DNA of 61,947 nucleotides from Candidatus Limnocylindria bacterium (GCA_041493915.1 JBGPZT010000001.1:1-61947), one strand, 5' to 3'. Shown: positions 1-9,054, numbered from the stretch's first letter. Translations and numbers: made by a program. The notes: generated by a model from the letters alone, not told the origin.

Positions 1-1
1 A

Positions 2-1429
2 GCCGGGGCCGTCCGCGGCAGCGCCGACCGCGAGATCGGGCAGAGCTATCCGGCCTCCGGACACGTCGAGCACGACCCGGACGAGATCTTCACGACGACC
101 GTCGCCGTCGGGCGCGACGCGCTCGCTGCGGCGGGCATCGGCGCACGCGATGTCGCGGCCATCGGGATCACCAACCAGCGCGAGACGACCGTGGTCTGGG
201 AACGCGCGACGGGCCGCCCGATCCATCCCGCGGTGGTGTGGCAGAGCCGCGCGAGCGCACAGGTCTGCGAAGCGCTGCGCGCTCGCGGACTGGAAACGCT
301 CGTGCGCGAGCGCACCGGACTCGTGATCGACGCCTACTTCTCCGCGACAAAGGTGCGCTGGATCCTCGACCAGGTCCCGGGCGCGCAGGCCCGCGCCGCC
401 GCGGGCGAGCTGCTCTGCGGAACGATCGATACCTGGCTGGTGTGGAAGCTCACCGGCGGCCGCCTCCATGTGACCGATGTCTCGAACGCCTCGCGGACGA
501 TGGTCTTCGACATCCACCGGCAGCGCTGGGATGACGAGCTCCTTGCCGCCCTCGACCTTCCGCGCGCGATGTTCGCGAAGCCGGTGCGGTCGATGGGCGT
601 CGTCGGCGAGACCGATCCCGCGCACTTCGGCGCGCCGCTGCCGATCGCCGCGATCGCGGGGGACCAGCAGGCCGCGCTCTTCGGACAGACGTGCTTCGCG
701 CCCGGCGAGGCGAAGAACACCTACGGCACCGGCTGCTTCCTCCTCGCGAACACCGGCACGACCGCGGCGCCGGCGCGCGGCGGTCTGCTGACGACGATCG
801 CGTGGGACATCGGCGACGGCGTGCGCTACGCGCTCGAGGGCAGCGCCTTCGTCACCGGCGCCGCGGTGCAGTGGCTGCGCGACGGCCTCGGCCTGATCGC
901 ACGCGCCGACGAGACGGAGGCCCTCGCGACCAGCCTCGCCGGAAACGACGGCGTGTATTTCGTGCCGGCATTCACCGGCCTCGGTGCGCCGCACTGGGAC
1001 ATGTACGCGCGTGGGTTGATCATCGGGATCGAGCGCGGCACCAGCCGCGCGCACATCGCGCGCGCGACGCTCGAGAGCATCGCCTATCAGACGCGCGACC
1101 TCGTCGAGGCGATGCGCGCGGCCGGACAGTCGATCGAGGTACTGCGCGCCGACGGTGGCGGCACGGCTAACCGCTTCCTCATGCAGTTCCAGTCGGATCT
1201 GCTCGGCCTTCCGGTGGAGGTGGCGGCGATGAGCGAGACCACCGCGCTCGGCGCTGCATTCCTCGCCGGTCTCGCGGTCGGCGTGTGGAAGACGCCGGAT
1301 GAGCTGCGGCAGCGCCGCGCGATCGCGTCGCGCTACGAGCCAAAGATGTCGCCCAATCAGCGTGAGCAGCTGTACGCCGGCTGGCAGCGCGCCGTCGAGC
1401 GCTCGCGCGGGTGGGCCGCCCCGGCATAG
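2..1429 (+). CDS. glpK: glycerol kinase (5' end cut by window edge)
   Basis: Frame is open from nt 2. Translation ...GHVEHDPDEIF..ITNQRETTVVWE..GDQQAALFGQ..NTYGTGCF..ADGGGTANRFLMQFQSD is a typical FGGY/GlpK sequence. Stop TAG at 1427-1429. Confidence 0.95.
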   Translation, partial: AGAVRGSADREIGQSYPASGHVEHDPDEIFTTTVAVGRDALAAAGIGARDVAAIGITNQRETTVVWERATGRPIHPAVVWQSRASAQVCEALRARGLETLVRERTGLVIDAYFSATKVRWILDQVPGAQARAAAGELLCGTIDTWLVWKLTGGRLHVTDVSNASRTMVFDIHRQRWDDELLAALDLPRAMFAKPVRSMGVVGETDPAHFGAPLPIAAIAGDQQAALFGQTCFAPGEAKNTYGTGCFLLANTGTTAAPARGGLLTTIAWDIGDGVRYALEGSAFVTGAAVQWLRDGLGLIARADETEALATSLAGNDGVYFVPAFTGLGAPHWDMYARGLIIGIERGTSRAHIARATLESIAYQTRDLVEAMRAAGQSIEVLRADGGGTANRFLMQFQSDLLGLPVEVAAMSETTALGAAFLAGLAVGVWKTPDELRQRRAIASRYEPKMSPNQREQLYAGWQRAVERSRGWAAPA

Positions 1430-1437
1430 CGGCGCGG

Positions 1438-2091
1438 CTACTCCTTGGGCACGCGCTCCGGATAGTCGGACATGATCCCGTCGACGGACCAGTTGCGGAA
1501 CGTCGTGATCTCCTTCGGGTCGTTCACCGTCCACGCGTTCACGCGCAGCGAGGCCCCGTGCGCGGCGCGGACCAGATCCAACGTCACATACGCGCGATTC
1601 GGGTGCAGCGCCCAGAGCCCCTGCGCGCGTGCGCTCGCGAGGAGCGCGGCGCGGTCCGGCGAATCGGAGAAGAGGAACGCGCGGCGCACGATCGGCGCCT
1701 CTTTCCGCGCGCCTTCGAGCGCGGACCACCAGAAGCTGGAGACGTAGGCGTCGCCTTTGCCGCGCGCTGCCAGGTGTGCCGCAACGCGCGCTCCGGTCTC
1801 GCGCGCACGAGCCTCGTCCTTCTCGGCCTTGAGCTCCAGGTTCACGGCCATCCGGCCGCGGCAGAAGTCGAGCACCTCGTCGAGAGAAAGCGTGGTCTTG
1901 GCCGTGGGCCGATCGTGCGACACGAGCAGCCGGCCGTCCTGCGTCAGCCAGACGTCCGTCTCGACCTCATCGCAGGCGAGATCGAGCGCCTTCTGGAACG
2001 ACGCGATGGTGTTCTCCGGGGCGTGACCCATCGCCCCGCGGTGTCCGATGCGGCGCATCGCGCGATTCTGCATCGCCGGTCCGCGGGGCAC
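1438..2091 (-). CDS. glycerophosphodiester phosphodiesterase (GDPD family)
   Basis: RIGHRGAMGHAPENT...ETDVWLTQDGRLLVSHD are GDPD catalytic motifs. Start is ambiguous: GTG 2091, ATG 2073 or ATG 2058. Confidence 0.85.
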   Translation of the reverse strand: MPRGPAMQNRAMRRIGHRGAMGHAPENTIASFQKALDLACDEVETDVWLTQDGRLLVSHDRPTAKTTLSLDEVLDFCRGRMAVNLELKAEKDEARARETGARVAAHLAARGKGDAYVSSFWWSALEGARKEAPIVRRAFLFSDSPDRAALLASARAQGLWALHPNRAYVTLDLVRAAHGASLRVNAWTVNDPKEITTFRNWSVDGIMSDYPERVPKE

Positions 2092-2104
2092 GTATCTTGG
2101 CGAT

Positions 2105-2707
2105 GTGAGGTTCCGGAGCGCGTTGTTCCTCGTCGCCGTCCTCGCCTGCGCCGCGCCGGCCCCGGCACCGAGCGGCTCGCCCGCACGCGCGGTGCGCGGC
2201 GCGCCGCAGAACGTGATCCTCCAGGCCGCCGACGTGCCCGCCGACTACGCGATCGAGAAGGACGAGGAGATGAGTCCGGACGACCTGGCCAACGGTCTCG
2301 GCACGACGCCCGCCGAGCTGAAACAGCGGCTGGCGTTCGGCTACGTGCGCGCGTTCGCCAAGACCGGCGACCCATTCGTCTGCTGCGCGATCGACTCCAT
2401 CCTCATCACGACCGCCGACGAGGCCGCGGCGCTCACGACGGCCAACGAGTTCCGCACGCGGGCGCTGGAGCTCGGATCGATCGAGACCGACCTTGGCGAG
2501 ACCATCGGCGACGAGTCGCGCGCGTTCACGTTCCAGCAGCCCACGGCCGACAGCGTGCTCATCACGCTCACGGTCCTGTTTCGCTACGCCAACGTCGTCG
2601 ACGCCGTCGAGGTGACCGGGCGGATAGGCTCGTTCGAACGCGCGTACGTCCTCGAATTCGCCAAGAAGCAGCTCGAGCGGCTCCGCGCGGACGCCGACAA
2701 GCGCTGA
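2105..2707 (+). CDS. hypothetical secreted protein or lipoprotein
   Basis: An in-frame GTG at 2105 gives MRFRSALFLVAVLACAAP, a signal peptide with a lipobox-like LAC. High GC3. No recognisable domain. Confidence 0.5.
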   Translation: MRFRSALFLVAVLACAAPAPAPSGSPARAVRGAPQNVILQAADVPADYAIEKDEEMSPDDLANGLGTTPAELKQRLAFGYVRAFAKTGDPFVCCAIDSILITTADEAAALTTANEFRTRALELGSIETDLGETIGDESRAFTFQQPTADSVLITLTVLFRYANVVDAVEVTGRIGSFERAYVLEFAKKQLERLRADADKR

Positions 2708-2729
2708 TGCCAGACTGGACGGCGCGCCG

Positions 2730-3833
2730 ATGAAGTTCCCCGTCTTCGACATGGAGCGCATGCAGTCCACCTGGGAGCACCGGGTCAAGTACGACCTGTC
2801 CGAGTCCGGGGTCGAGGCGTTGACTCTCGAAGAGATCACGAGAGATCAGAAGGAGCTCATGCGCTCCAAGCTCGGATACGCGGAGGGCGTCGGGCGTGAG
2901 CCGACGCGCGCGCTGGTCGCCGGCTTCCATTCCGGCAGCGACGCGAAGAACGTGCTCATCACCACCGGGACCAGCGAGGCGAACTTCCTCGCGCTCGTGA
3001 CGCTCGTCTCGGCCAGCGACGAGGTCGTGGTCGTGATGCCGAACTACATGCAGGTGCACGGGATCGCGCAGGGCCTCGGTGCACGGGTGCGCGAGGTGTG
3101 GCTGCGCGAGGAGCGCGGTTGGCGCATCGATCTCGACGCGCTCACGGCTGCGGTGAACGAGCGCACCAAGGTCATCTGCGTTTGCACGCCCAATAACCCG
3201 ACCGGGCAGGTGCTGTCGCGCAGCGAGATCGACCGCGTCGTCGCGATCGCGGCGAAGCACGGCGTGTGGATCCTGTCCGACGAGGTCTATCGCGGCGCGG
3301 AGCTCGACAGCGTTGAGAGCGCATCGTTCTCGGGACGCGGCGAGCGGATCGTCGTCACCGGCGGGCTCTCCAAGGTGTACGGGCTTCCGGGCCTGCGCAT
3401 CGGCTGGCTCGTGGCGCCGGAGGCGGAGGCCCAGGCCGCGCTGCGTCTCAAGGACTACACGACGATCGCGCCGGCGACGCTCTCCGAATCGCTGGCCGAG
3501 ATCGCGCTCGAGCGGCGCGACGAGCTCCTCAAGCGCGCGCGCTTCATCCTCGGCGAGCGGTGGCCGAAGCTCGAGGACTGGGCGGCGACGCACTCGCGCG
3601 AGCTCCACTGGACGCCGCCGCAGGCCGGCGGCATCTGCTTCTTCAGCTATCGCTTCCCGAGCGAGTCGATGGCGCTCGTCGACCGGCTCATCCGCGAGTA
3701 CTCGACCATGGTCGTGCCGGGCATCCACTTCCGGGCCGAACGGCACCTGCGCATCGGCTACGGAATGGAGCCGCGGATCCTGCACGCCGGCCTGGCCGCT
3801 TTCGACCGCTTGCTCGCTTCGCTCGGGGACTAG
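2730..3833 (+). CDS. class I/II PLP-dependent aminotransferase
   Basis: CTPNNPTGQV and SKVYGLPGLRIGW (PLP-lysine motif) over a full-length 367-aa fold-type I pattern. Confidence 0.85.
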   Translation: MKFPVFDMERMQSTWEHRVKYDLSESGVEALTLEEITRDQKELMRSKLGYAEGVGREPTRALVAGFHSGSDAKNVLITTGTSEANFLALVTLVSASDEVVVVMPNYMQVHGIAQGLGARVREVWLREERGWRIDLDALTAAVNERTKVICVCTPNNPTGQVLSRSEIDRVVAIAAKHGVWILSDEVYRGAELDSVESASFSGRGERIVVTGGLSKVYGLPGLRIGWLVAPEAEAQAALRLKDYTTIAPATLSESLAEIALERRDELLKRARFILGERWPKLEDWAATHSRELHWTPPQAGGICFFSYRFPSESMALVDRLIREYSTMVVPGIHFRAERHLRIGYGMEPRILHAGLAAFDRLLASLGD

Positions 3834-3887
3834 CTCGGCGGCGGCATACTCTGGCTCGCCCAGCAGGGCGGCACACGGAGGTATCTC

Positions 3888-4037
3888 ATGACCATCACCG
3901 TCAGCCTTCTGCTCACGCTCATCGCACTCGTCTGCGGCGTCCTCATGCTCATCTCGGGCCGCTGGTCGAAGTTCCCTCTGGCAGCCATCGCGATCATCTG
4001 CCTGGCGCTGGTGCAGAGCGGTCTCATAAAGATGTAG
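3888..4037 (+). CDS. 49-aa two-helix membrane micro-protein
   Basis: GGAGG sits 6 nt upstream of the ATG. MTITVSLLLTLIALVCGVLMLISGRWSKFPLAAIAIICLALVQSGLIKM. Strong GC3 bias. Too short for the ORF track. Confidence 0.5.
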   Translation: MTITVSLLLTLIALVCGVLMLISGRWSKFPLAAIAIICLALVQSGLIKM

Positions 4038-4041
4038 AAGC

Positions 4042-4063
4042 GCCTCCCGCACGCGTGGGAGGC
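4042..4063 (+). terminator. GC-rich hairpin after the micro-ORF
   Basis: GCCTCCC-gcacgcgt-GGGAGGC followed by TTCC. The stem extends with a bulge. Confidence 0.4.
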
Positions 4064-4091
4064 TTCCAGGCAAGCGACCTCACGGCCTAAG

Positions 4092-4934
4092 ATGCGCCCA
4101 CAAATGGCGGCTCGTCCGCTGCATCTCTTCGAGGCCGGTGTGGTCACGGAGACACGCTTCGCGGGGATGGCAGCCGCTCCTGGCGCGCTCTCCGAGCACT
4201 TCGTTCGACGACTCGGGCCGGAGAAGCACGTCCGCGTCCCGTTCAACCCGCGCGACCGCTGGGTGAGCGCGGCGCGCGAGTCCTGCCGCACGCTCGGCGA
4301 GGCGATCGGGTCGTCGCTGCGCGCCGGCGCCACCTGCGCGGTGCTCGGCGGCGAGTGCACGCTCGTCGCGGGCAGCCTGGCGGGCGCGCTCCCCGTCGAG
4401 CCCGACCTCGCGCTCGTGTACTTCGACGCGCACGGCGACTTCAACACACTCGCGACGACGCCCTCCCATTACGTCGGCGGCATGTGCCTCGCGCACGTGT
4501 GCGGCCGGTCGGTCGCGCCGCTGCTCTGGCCGGGCTCGCACAAGATCGCCGAGGAACATGTCGCGCTCGTCGGTGGCCGTGCGCTCGACCCCGGCGAGCG
4601 GACGAACCTCGATCGCTCGAGACTCACGCGCATCCGCTTCGACTCGGAGCAAGCGGACACCGCGAGCATCATCGCGTTCGCGCGCAAGCGAAAGATCTGG
4701 CTGCACGTCGACATTGACGTCGTCGATCCAGCGGAGGTCGGCGCAGTCGTGTTCCCCGCCGCGGGCGGCGTATCGCTCGCGCTGCTCGGCGAGGCCATCA
4801 CATCCCTCGCGTCGGTCGCCGACGTGCGCGGCTTCGAGATATGTGGTTACGACTCGCGCCAGGACGTCGGGGCGAAGCTGCCGGGCGTGATCGCCGACCT
4901 GTTCTCAGTCTTCCGCTCGAAGGTTCTCGCCTAG
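4092..4934 (+). CDS. arginase / agmatinase / formiminoglutamase family hydrolase
   Basis: Mn-binding motifs FDAHGDFN and HVDIDVVDP. Confidence 0.75.
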   Translation: MRPQMAARPLHLFEAGVVTETRFAGMAAAPGALSEHFVRRLGPEKHVRVPFNPRDRWVSAARESCRTLGEAIGSSLRAGATCAVLGGECTLVAGSLAGALPVEPDLALVYFDAHGDFNTLATTPSHYVGGMCLAHVCGRSVAPLLWPGSHKIAEEHVALVGGRALDPGERTNLDRSRLTRIRFDSEQADTASIIAFARKRKIWLHVDIDVVDPAEVGAVVFPAAGGVSLALLGEAITSLASVADVRGFEICGYDSRQDVGAKLPGVIADLFSVFRSKVLA

Positions 4935-4943
4935 CATCACCGC

Positions 4944-5645
4944 GTGCCCACCCAGTTGCTCGACCTCACGCTGACCCTCAAGGATGGCCTGCGCACCTGG
5001 GACATCAAGCCGCCCTTCACGATGCTGCCGTACATGAACGCGGCGACCTTCAAGCTCGGCTTCTCGACGAAGCTCCTGATCATGGAGGACCACACCGGCA
5101 CGCACGTCGACGCGTCGCTCCACTTCTACGACGGCGCGCGGCGCACGCCACGGGGCAGAGGGGTCGCGGAGCTGCCCCTCGAGAAGCTCTACGGCGACGC
5201 GGTATGCATCGACGTGAGCGCGAAGCGCGGCGACGAACCGGTGACGGCGGAGATGCTCGCCGGGGCAGCCGAGAAGCAGCACGTCGAGATCCGCAGAGAC
5301 GACATCGTGCTCATCCGCTTCTGGTCAGGCACCTGGGGCGGCGACGCGTTCCTCGCGGCGCGCGGTCTGACGAAAGACGCGTGCGAGTGGCTCGTCGAGC
5401 GCGACGTGAAATGCGTCGGTGTGGATCACCCGAACCTCGAGGGCCGCGTTGCCGACGAGCTCGGCAATGCCGATTGCCCCGGACACGTGCTTCTGCTTCA
5501 TCCCGATCGCGAGATCCCGATCATCGAGAACCTCGTCGGCCTGAAGGGGCTGCGTGGGAAACGGTTCCGTTTCTTCGGGCTGCCGCTGAAGATGGACGGC
5601 GCGACGGGATCGCCGATCCGCGCGGTCGCGTTGCTGGACGACTAG
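4944..5645 (+). CDS. cyclase-family protein (kynurenine formamidase-like)
   Basis: HTGTHVDASLH motif of the putative-cyclase/arylformamidase family. GTG start lies 9 nt after the upstream stop. Confidence 0.8.
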   Translation: MPTQLLDLTLTLKDGLRTWDIKPPFTMLPYMNAATFKLGFSTKLLIMEDHTGTHVDASLHFYDGARRTPRGRGVAELPLEKLYGDAVCIDVSAKRGDEPVTAEMLAGAAEKQHVEIRRDDIVLIRFWSGTWGGDAFLAARGLTKDACEWLVERDVKCVGVDHPNLEGRVADELGNADCPGHVLLLHPDREIPIIENLVGLKGLRGKRFRFFGLPLKMDGATGSPIRAVALLDD

Positions 5646-5790
5646 CCCTTCGGCCAGCGCGGGCGGTTCTCAAAGCGGCTGCGGTACGACTCCATACGGC
5701 AATAGCGGACCACGGTAGAGCGTGCTCCATCTGGTGACCCGCCGGCGCCGGCGGTGTCATGAGCTAAGGACCCGCAGCGCGGCCTAAGCC

Positions 5791-5976
5791 TCAGTCGGCG
5801 TCGTGCGTGCTCGCCACAGTTAGATCGCCGAGCCAGTCCTCAAGGTCGCGGCCGACCTGGTCGGTCGGGACCGTCGCGGTCTTCGACACGCGAAGATGAC
5901 GCGGCGGCTCGGGGAGCGCGCGCTGCGCCCAATGCTTTCCACTTCCCGACTCACGCCACTGGACCACCGCTGTCAT
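5791..5976 (-). CDS. hypothetical 61-aa protein
   Basis: ATG at 5976 (TTG alternative at 5988). High GC3. MTAVVQWRESGSGKHW... shows no recognisable family. Confidence 0.3.
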   Translation of the reverse strand: MTAVVQWRESGSGKHWAQRALPEPPRHLRVSKTATVPTDQVGRDLEDWLGDLTVASTHDAD

Positions 5977-6114
5977 CCGACCCCCCAACTGGTGTTGTCG
6001 ATGAGAGCATCCGCCGAGGGCATGATCTGGTGAACCGCGTCTGGGTTTCGCTTGGGTTGTGGAACGGTGTCCGTGAGAGGCGCCGTCCCAGTCGCGGCGG
6101 CCCGACTATGTAAC

Positions 6115-6143
6115 TTGACACTTACGTAAGTCTATGCTCACAT
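6115..6143 (+). promoter_or_regulatory. candidate arsR promoter with palindromic operator
   Basis: TTGACA at 6115-6120. Perfect 12-bp palindrome ACTTACGTAAGT at 6120-6131. Weak -10 TCACAT at 6138-6143 after a 17-nt spacer. This would place the transcript start at or next to the ATG at 6150, so the mRNA may be leaderless. Confidence 0.3.
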
Positions 6144-6149
6144 GAGCGG

Positions 6150-6485
6150 ATGGAAGCCGCGATCCGCGCCATCGCCGAGCCGCACCGGCGCGAGATCCTG
6201 CGCCTGGTGTGGACCGCCGAGCTGGCCGCGGGCGAGATCGCCCGCCACTTCGACGTAACGCGTCCGGCGATCTCGCAGCACCTGCGGGTGTTGAAGGAGG
6301 CGGGCTTGGTGAGCGAACGGCGGAACGGCACCAAGCGCCTGTATCGCGCGCGGCCGGAGAGCATCGCGCAACTGCGCGCCTACCTCGAGTCGTATTGGGA
6401 CGAGAACCTGCGCCTGCTGAAGCAGGCCGCGGAGCAGGAAGAGCAAAGGAGGATCCGCCGTGACCGTAGACACGAAAGCCATTGA
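6150..6485 (+). CDS. ArsR/SmtB family transcriptional regulator
   Basis: AEPHRREILRLV...ISQHLRVLKEAGLV... is a winged-helix ArsR signature. Confidence 0.9.
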   Translation: MEAAIRAIAEPHRREILRLVWTAELAAGEIARHFDVTRPAISQHLRVLKEAGLVSERRNGTKRLYRARPESIAQLRAYLESYWDENLRLLKQAAEQEEQRRIRRDRRHESH

Positions 6486-6921
6486 GAAGGTGATCACCAT
6501 CGCCGCGCGGCCGGAGACCGTCTTCCGGCTGCTCACCGACCCGAGGGAGTACGTCCGCTGGAAGGGCAAGCTCGCCGAGCTCGAGCCACGGCCGGGCGGG
6601 GCATTCCGCGTCGATTTCATGAACGACAAGGACATCGTCGTCGGCAAGTTCGTGGAGGTCGTGCCCGCCCGCCGTGTTGTCTTCACCTGGGGCTGGCAGG
6701 GGAACGAGATCGTGCCGCCCGGGAGCAGCACGGTCGAGATCGACCTGGAGCCCGACGGCCAGGGCACCCGCCTGCGGCTCGTGCATCGCGGCCTGCCGGA
6801 AGGCGCGCTCGCATCGCACACCGAGGGCTGGGACTTCTTCCTGCCCCGCCTCACCAACGTGGCCGAGGGCCGCGACCCCGGAACCGACGCCGCGCATCAC
6901 ACCGCTGCCAAGACGCAGTAA
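6460..6921 (+). CDS. SRPBCC (Aha1/START-like) domain protein
   Basis: IAARPETVFRLLTDP...FTWGW...LVHRGLPE is the typical arsR-adjacent SRPBCC pattern. Overlaps arsR by 26 nt. Confidence 0.8.
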   Translation: MTVDTKAIEKVITIAARPETVFRLLTDPREYVRWKGKLAELEPRPGGAFRVDFMNDKDIVVGKFVEVVPARRVVFTWGWQGNEIVPPGSSTVEIDLEPDGQGTRLRLVHRGLPEGALASHTEGWDFFLPRLTNVAEGRDPGTDAAHHTAAKTQ

Positions 6922-6991
6922 TCGCTTGCGCTCATCTGCTTGGCGTGTGCGCTAACGCGCACGCCGCAGTAGAAAGAAAGGGGAGACACAC

Positions 6992-7339
6992 ATGGCATAT
7001 CCCGTCACGCACTTCGAGGTCATCGGAAAGGACAACAAGAAGCTCCGTGACTTCTACAGCAGGGCCTTCGACTGGAAGCTCACCGACGCGCCGGAGGACT
7101 ACGCGATGGTCGACACCGGCGCCAACGGGCACGGCATCGGCGGCGGCATCGGCCCGTCCCGCGACGGCCGGAGCAGCGTGACCTTCTACATCGAGACCGA
7201 GGACCTGAAGGGCACGCTCGCGAAGGTCGAAAAGCTGGGGGGCAAGACGGTCATGCCGCCGATGAAAGCCGGCCCGGTCGAGCTCGCGATGTTCGCGGAC
7301 CCCGAGGGCAACGTCATCGGCCTCGCCAAGGGGATGTGA
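6992..7339 (+). CDS. VOC / glyoxalase-bleomycin resistance family protein
   Basis: MAYPVTHFEVIGKDNKKLRDFYSRAFDWKL...FADPEGNVIGL. GGGGAG lies upstream. Confidence 0.85.
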   Translation: MAYPVTHFEVIGKDNKKLRDFYSRAFDWKLTDAPEDYAMVDTGANGHGIGGGIGPSRDGRSSVTFYIETEDLKGTLAKVEKLGGKTVMPPMKAGPVELAMFADPEGNVIGLAKGM

Positions 7340-7355
7340 ACAGGCACTAATTCCC

Positions 7356-7399
7356 GCGCCGCGCAAAGGTCTGTGGAGAGCACGGCCTTTGCGCGGCGC
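7356..7399 (+). terminator. perfect 14-bp stem hairpin between the VOC gene and amt
   Basis: GCGCCGCGCAAAGG (7356-7369) pairs with CCTTTGCGCGGCGC (7386-7399) around a 16-nt loop. No U-tract. Confidence 0.4.
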
Positions 7400-7473
7400 C
7401 CACAACCGAACCGAAACCAACGGCCCCCGATGCGCTACTGACCAGGGCACGCGCCTCGCTCAGGCTCACCGGC

Positions 7474-8703
7474 ATGGAAAACATCAACGCCGGCGACACC
7501 GCCTGGATCCTCGCGTCCGCCGCGCTGGTCATGCTCATGACGCCCGCGCTGGGCTTCTTCTACGGCGGCCTGGTCCGCCGAAAGAACGTCCTAGCGACGA
7601 TCATGCACAGCTTCTTCATCCTGTGTCTGATCAGCGTGCAGTGGGTGCTGTGGGGGTACTCGCTGGCGTTCGGTCCCGACCACGGCGGGCTCATCGGGGG
7701 GCTCGACTGGCTATCGCTGCGTGGCGTCGGCCAGGCGCCGAACCCCGAGTACGCGCCGACGGTCCCCCACCTCGGCTTCATGGTCTTCCAGATGATGTTC
7801 GCGGTGATCACGCCCGCGCTGATCACCGGCGCGTTCGCGGAGCGCAAGCGCTTCAAGGCCTTCGTCGTGTTCACGCTCCTCTGGGCAACGTTCGTGTACG
7901 ACCCGGTCGCGCACTGGGTCTGGGGCACCGGTGGCTGGCTCCGCATGCTCGGCACGCTCGACTTCGCGGGCGGCACGGTGGTGCACATCACCAGCGGCGT
8001 CTCCGCGCTCGTCGCGGCGCTCGTGCTCGGCCGGCGCAAGGGTCTCGGCACGGAGCCGATCGAGCCACATGACGCGACCATGACGGTCCTCGGTGCGTCG
8101 CTGCTCTGGTTCGGTTGGTTCGGCTTCAACGCTGGCAGCGCGATCAACGCGGGTGGCCTCGCGGCGAACGCCTTCGTCGTGACGAACACCGCGGCGGCGA
8201 TGGCGGCGCTCACCTGGATGACGGTCTCGTGGTTGCACAAGGGCGCGCCGAGCGTGCTTGGTGCGGCGGCCGGCGCGGTCGCCGGTCTCGTCGCGATCAC
8301 GCCGGCGTCCGGCTACGTGGACGTGTCCGCCGCGATCCTCATCGGTCTCGGAGCTGGCACGTTCTGCTACGTCGGGATCCAGCTCACCAAGCGACTGAGG
8401 GTCGACGACGCCCTCGACGTCTTCGGTGTGCACGGCATCGGCGGAATGTGGGGCGCGCTCGCCACCGGCATCTTCGCGACGGTGGCGGTGAACTCGGGCG
8501 CGGCCAACGGCCTCGCCTTCGGCAACCCGGCGCAACTCGGCGTGCAGGCGATCGCCGTCCTCGCGTCGGTCACGTACTCCGCGGTCATGACGTTCGTCAT
8601 TCTCAAGCTCATCGACGTCTTCGTCGGGCTGCGCGTGCCGGAGAACGAGGAGGTCCTCGGACTCGACGCGTCGCAGCACCGCGAAGCCGCATACACGATC
8701 TAA
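7474..8703 (+). CDS. amt: ammonium transporter
   Basis: Full-length Amt/MEP pattern: DTAWILASAALVMLMTPALGFFYGGL...DFAGGTVVHITSG...GVHGIGGMWGAL. Confidence 0.95.
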   Translation: MENINAGDTAWILASAALVMLMTPALGFFYGGLVRRKNVLATIMHSFFILCLISVQWVLWGYSLAFGPDHGGLIGGLDWLSLRGVGQAPNPEYAPTVPHLGFMVFQMMFAVITPALITGAFAERKRFKAFVVFTLLWATFVYDPVAHWVWGTGGWLRMLGTLDFAGGTVVHITSGVSALVAALVLGRRKGLGTEPIEPHDATMTVLGASLLWFGWFGFNAGSAINAGGLAANAFVVTNTAAAMAALTWMTVSWLHKGAPSVLGAAAGAVAGLVAITPASGYVDVSAAILIGLGAGTFCYVGIQLTKRLRVDDALDVFGVHGIGGMWGALATGIFATVAVNSGAANGLAFGNPAQLGVQAIAVLASVTYSAVMTFVILKLIDVFVGLRVPENEEVLGLDASQHREAAYTI

Positions 8704-8713
8704 GGAGGTAGAG

Positions 8714-8821
8714 ATGGAATTCTTCGCCTTCGCATCGTTCGCGATCCTGGTCGTGGCATGGCTCATCGCCCCCACGAAAGCCGAGATCGTCCACATCGAG
8801 TCGGTCAAGAAGGCCGCCTAA
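8714..8821 (+). CDS. 35-aa single-TM micro-protein downstream of amt
   Basis: AGGAGG sits 5 nt before the ATG, which is 10 nt after the amt stop. MEFFAFASFAILVVAWLIAPTKAEIVHIESVKKAA. About 30 of 34 third positions are G/C. Confidence 0.55.
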   Translation: MEFFAFASFAILVVAWLIAPTKAEIVHIESVKKAA

Positions 8822-8915
8822 CACCAAGGTCGCACCGCGGACGCGTGGCCTCCGGGCTGCGCGTCCGCGTTCGCGTGTCCGCAGTAAGCGGTACACTCGG
8901 AGCGACAACTTAATA

Positions 8916-9003
8916 CGACGGGGGAGCGCCCACGCGGGCGCTGAGAGTGCGGTGGACCGCAGACCCCAGAACCTGATCTGAGTAATGTCAGCGTAGGGAG
9001 TCG
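8916..9003 (+). promoter_or_regulatory. TPP (THI-box) riboswitch aptamer
   Basis: CGACGGGGGAGC...GCTGAGAG...GACCCCAGAACCTGATCTGAGTAATGTCAGCGTAGGGAGTCG matches the THI element core (CUGAGA, ACC..GAACCUGAUC, AAU..CAGCGUAGGGA). P1 is CGAC/GTCG. Confidence 0.85.
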
Positions 9004-9022
9004 GAACGCGTGAGACCTCGCT

Positions 9023-9054
9023 GCGGCGCTCGGATGCGCCGCGTTTCTTTTCTC
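9023..9054 (+). terminator. intrinsic terminator (riboswitch expression platform)
   Basis: GCGGCGC-tcggat-GCGCCGC followed by GTTTCTTTTCTC. Confidence 0.7.

Noticed and set aside
1522-1542. Two GTTCAC hexamers inside the glycerophosphodiesterase gene as a further PHO box.
   Set aside because: They are spaced 15 nt apart rather than 11 nt and lie inside coding sequence, so this is likely chance in GC-rich DNA.
7402-7417. ACAAC-N6-GAAAC as a confident GlnR box upstream of amt.
   Set aside because: There is only one a/b site pair, and it lacks the conserved T of gTnAc. I mention it only as a weak possibility within the amt finding.
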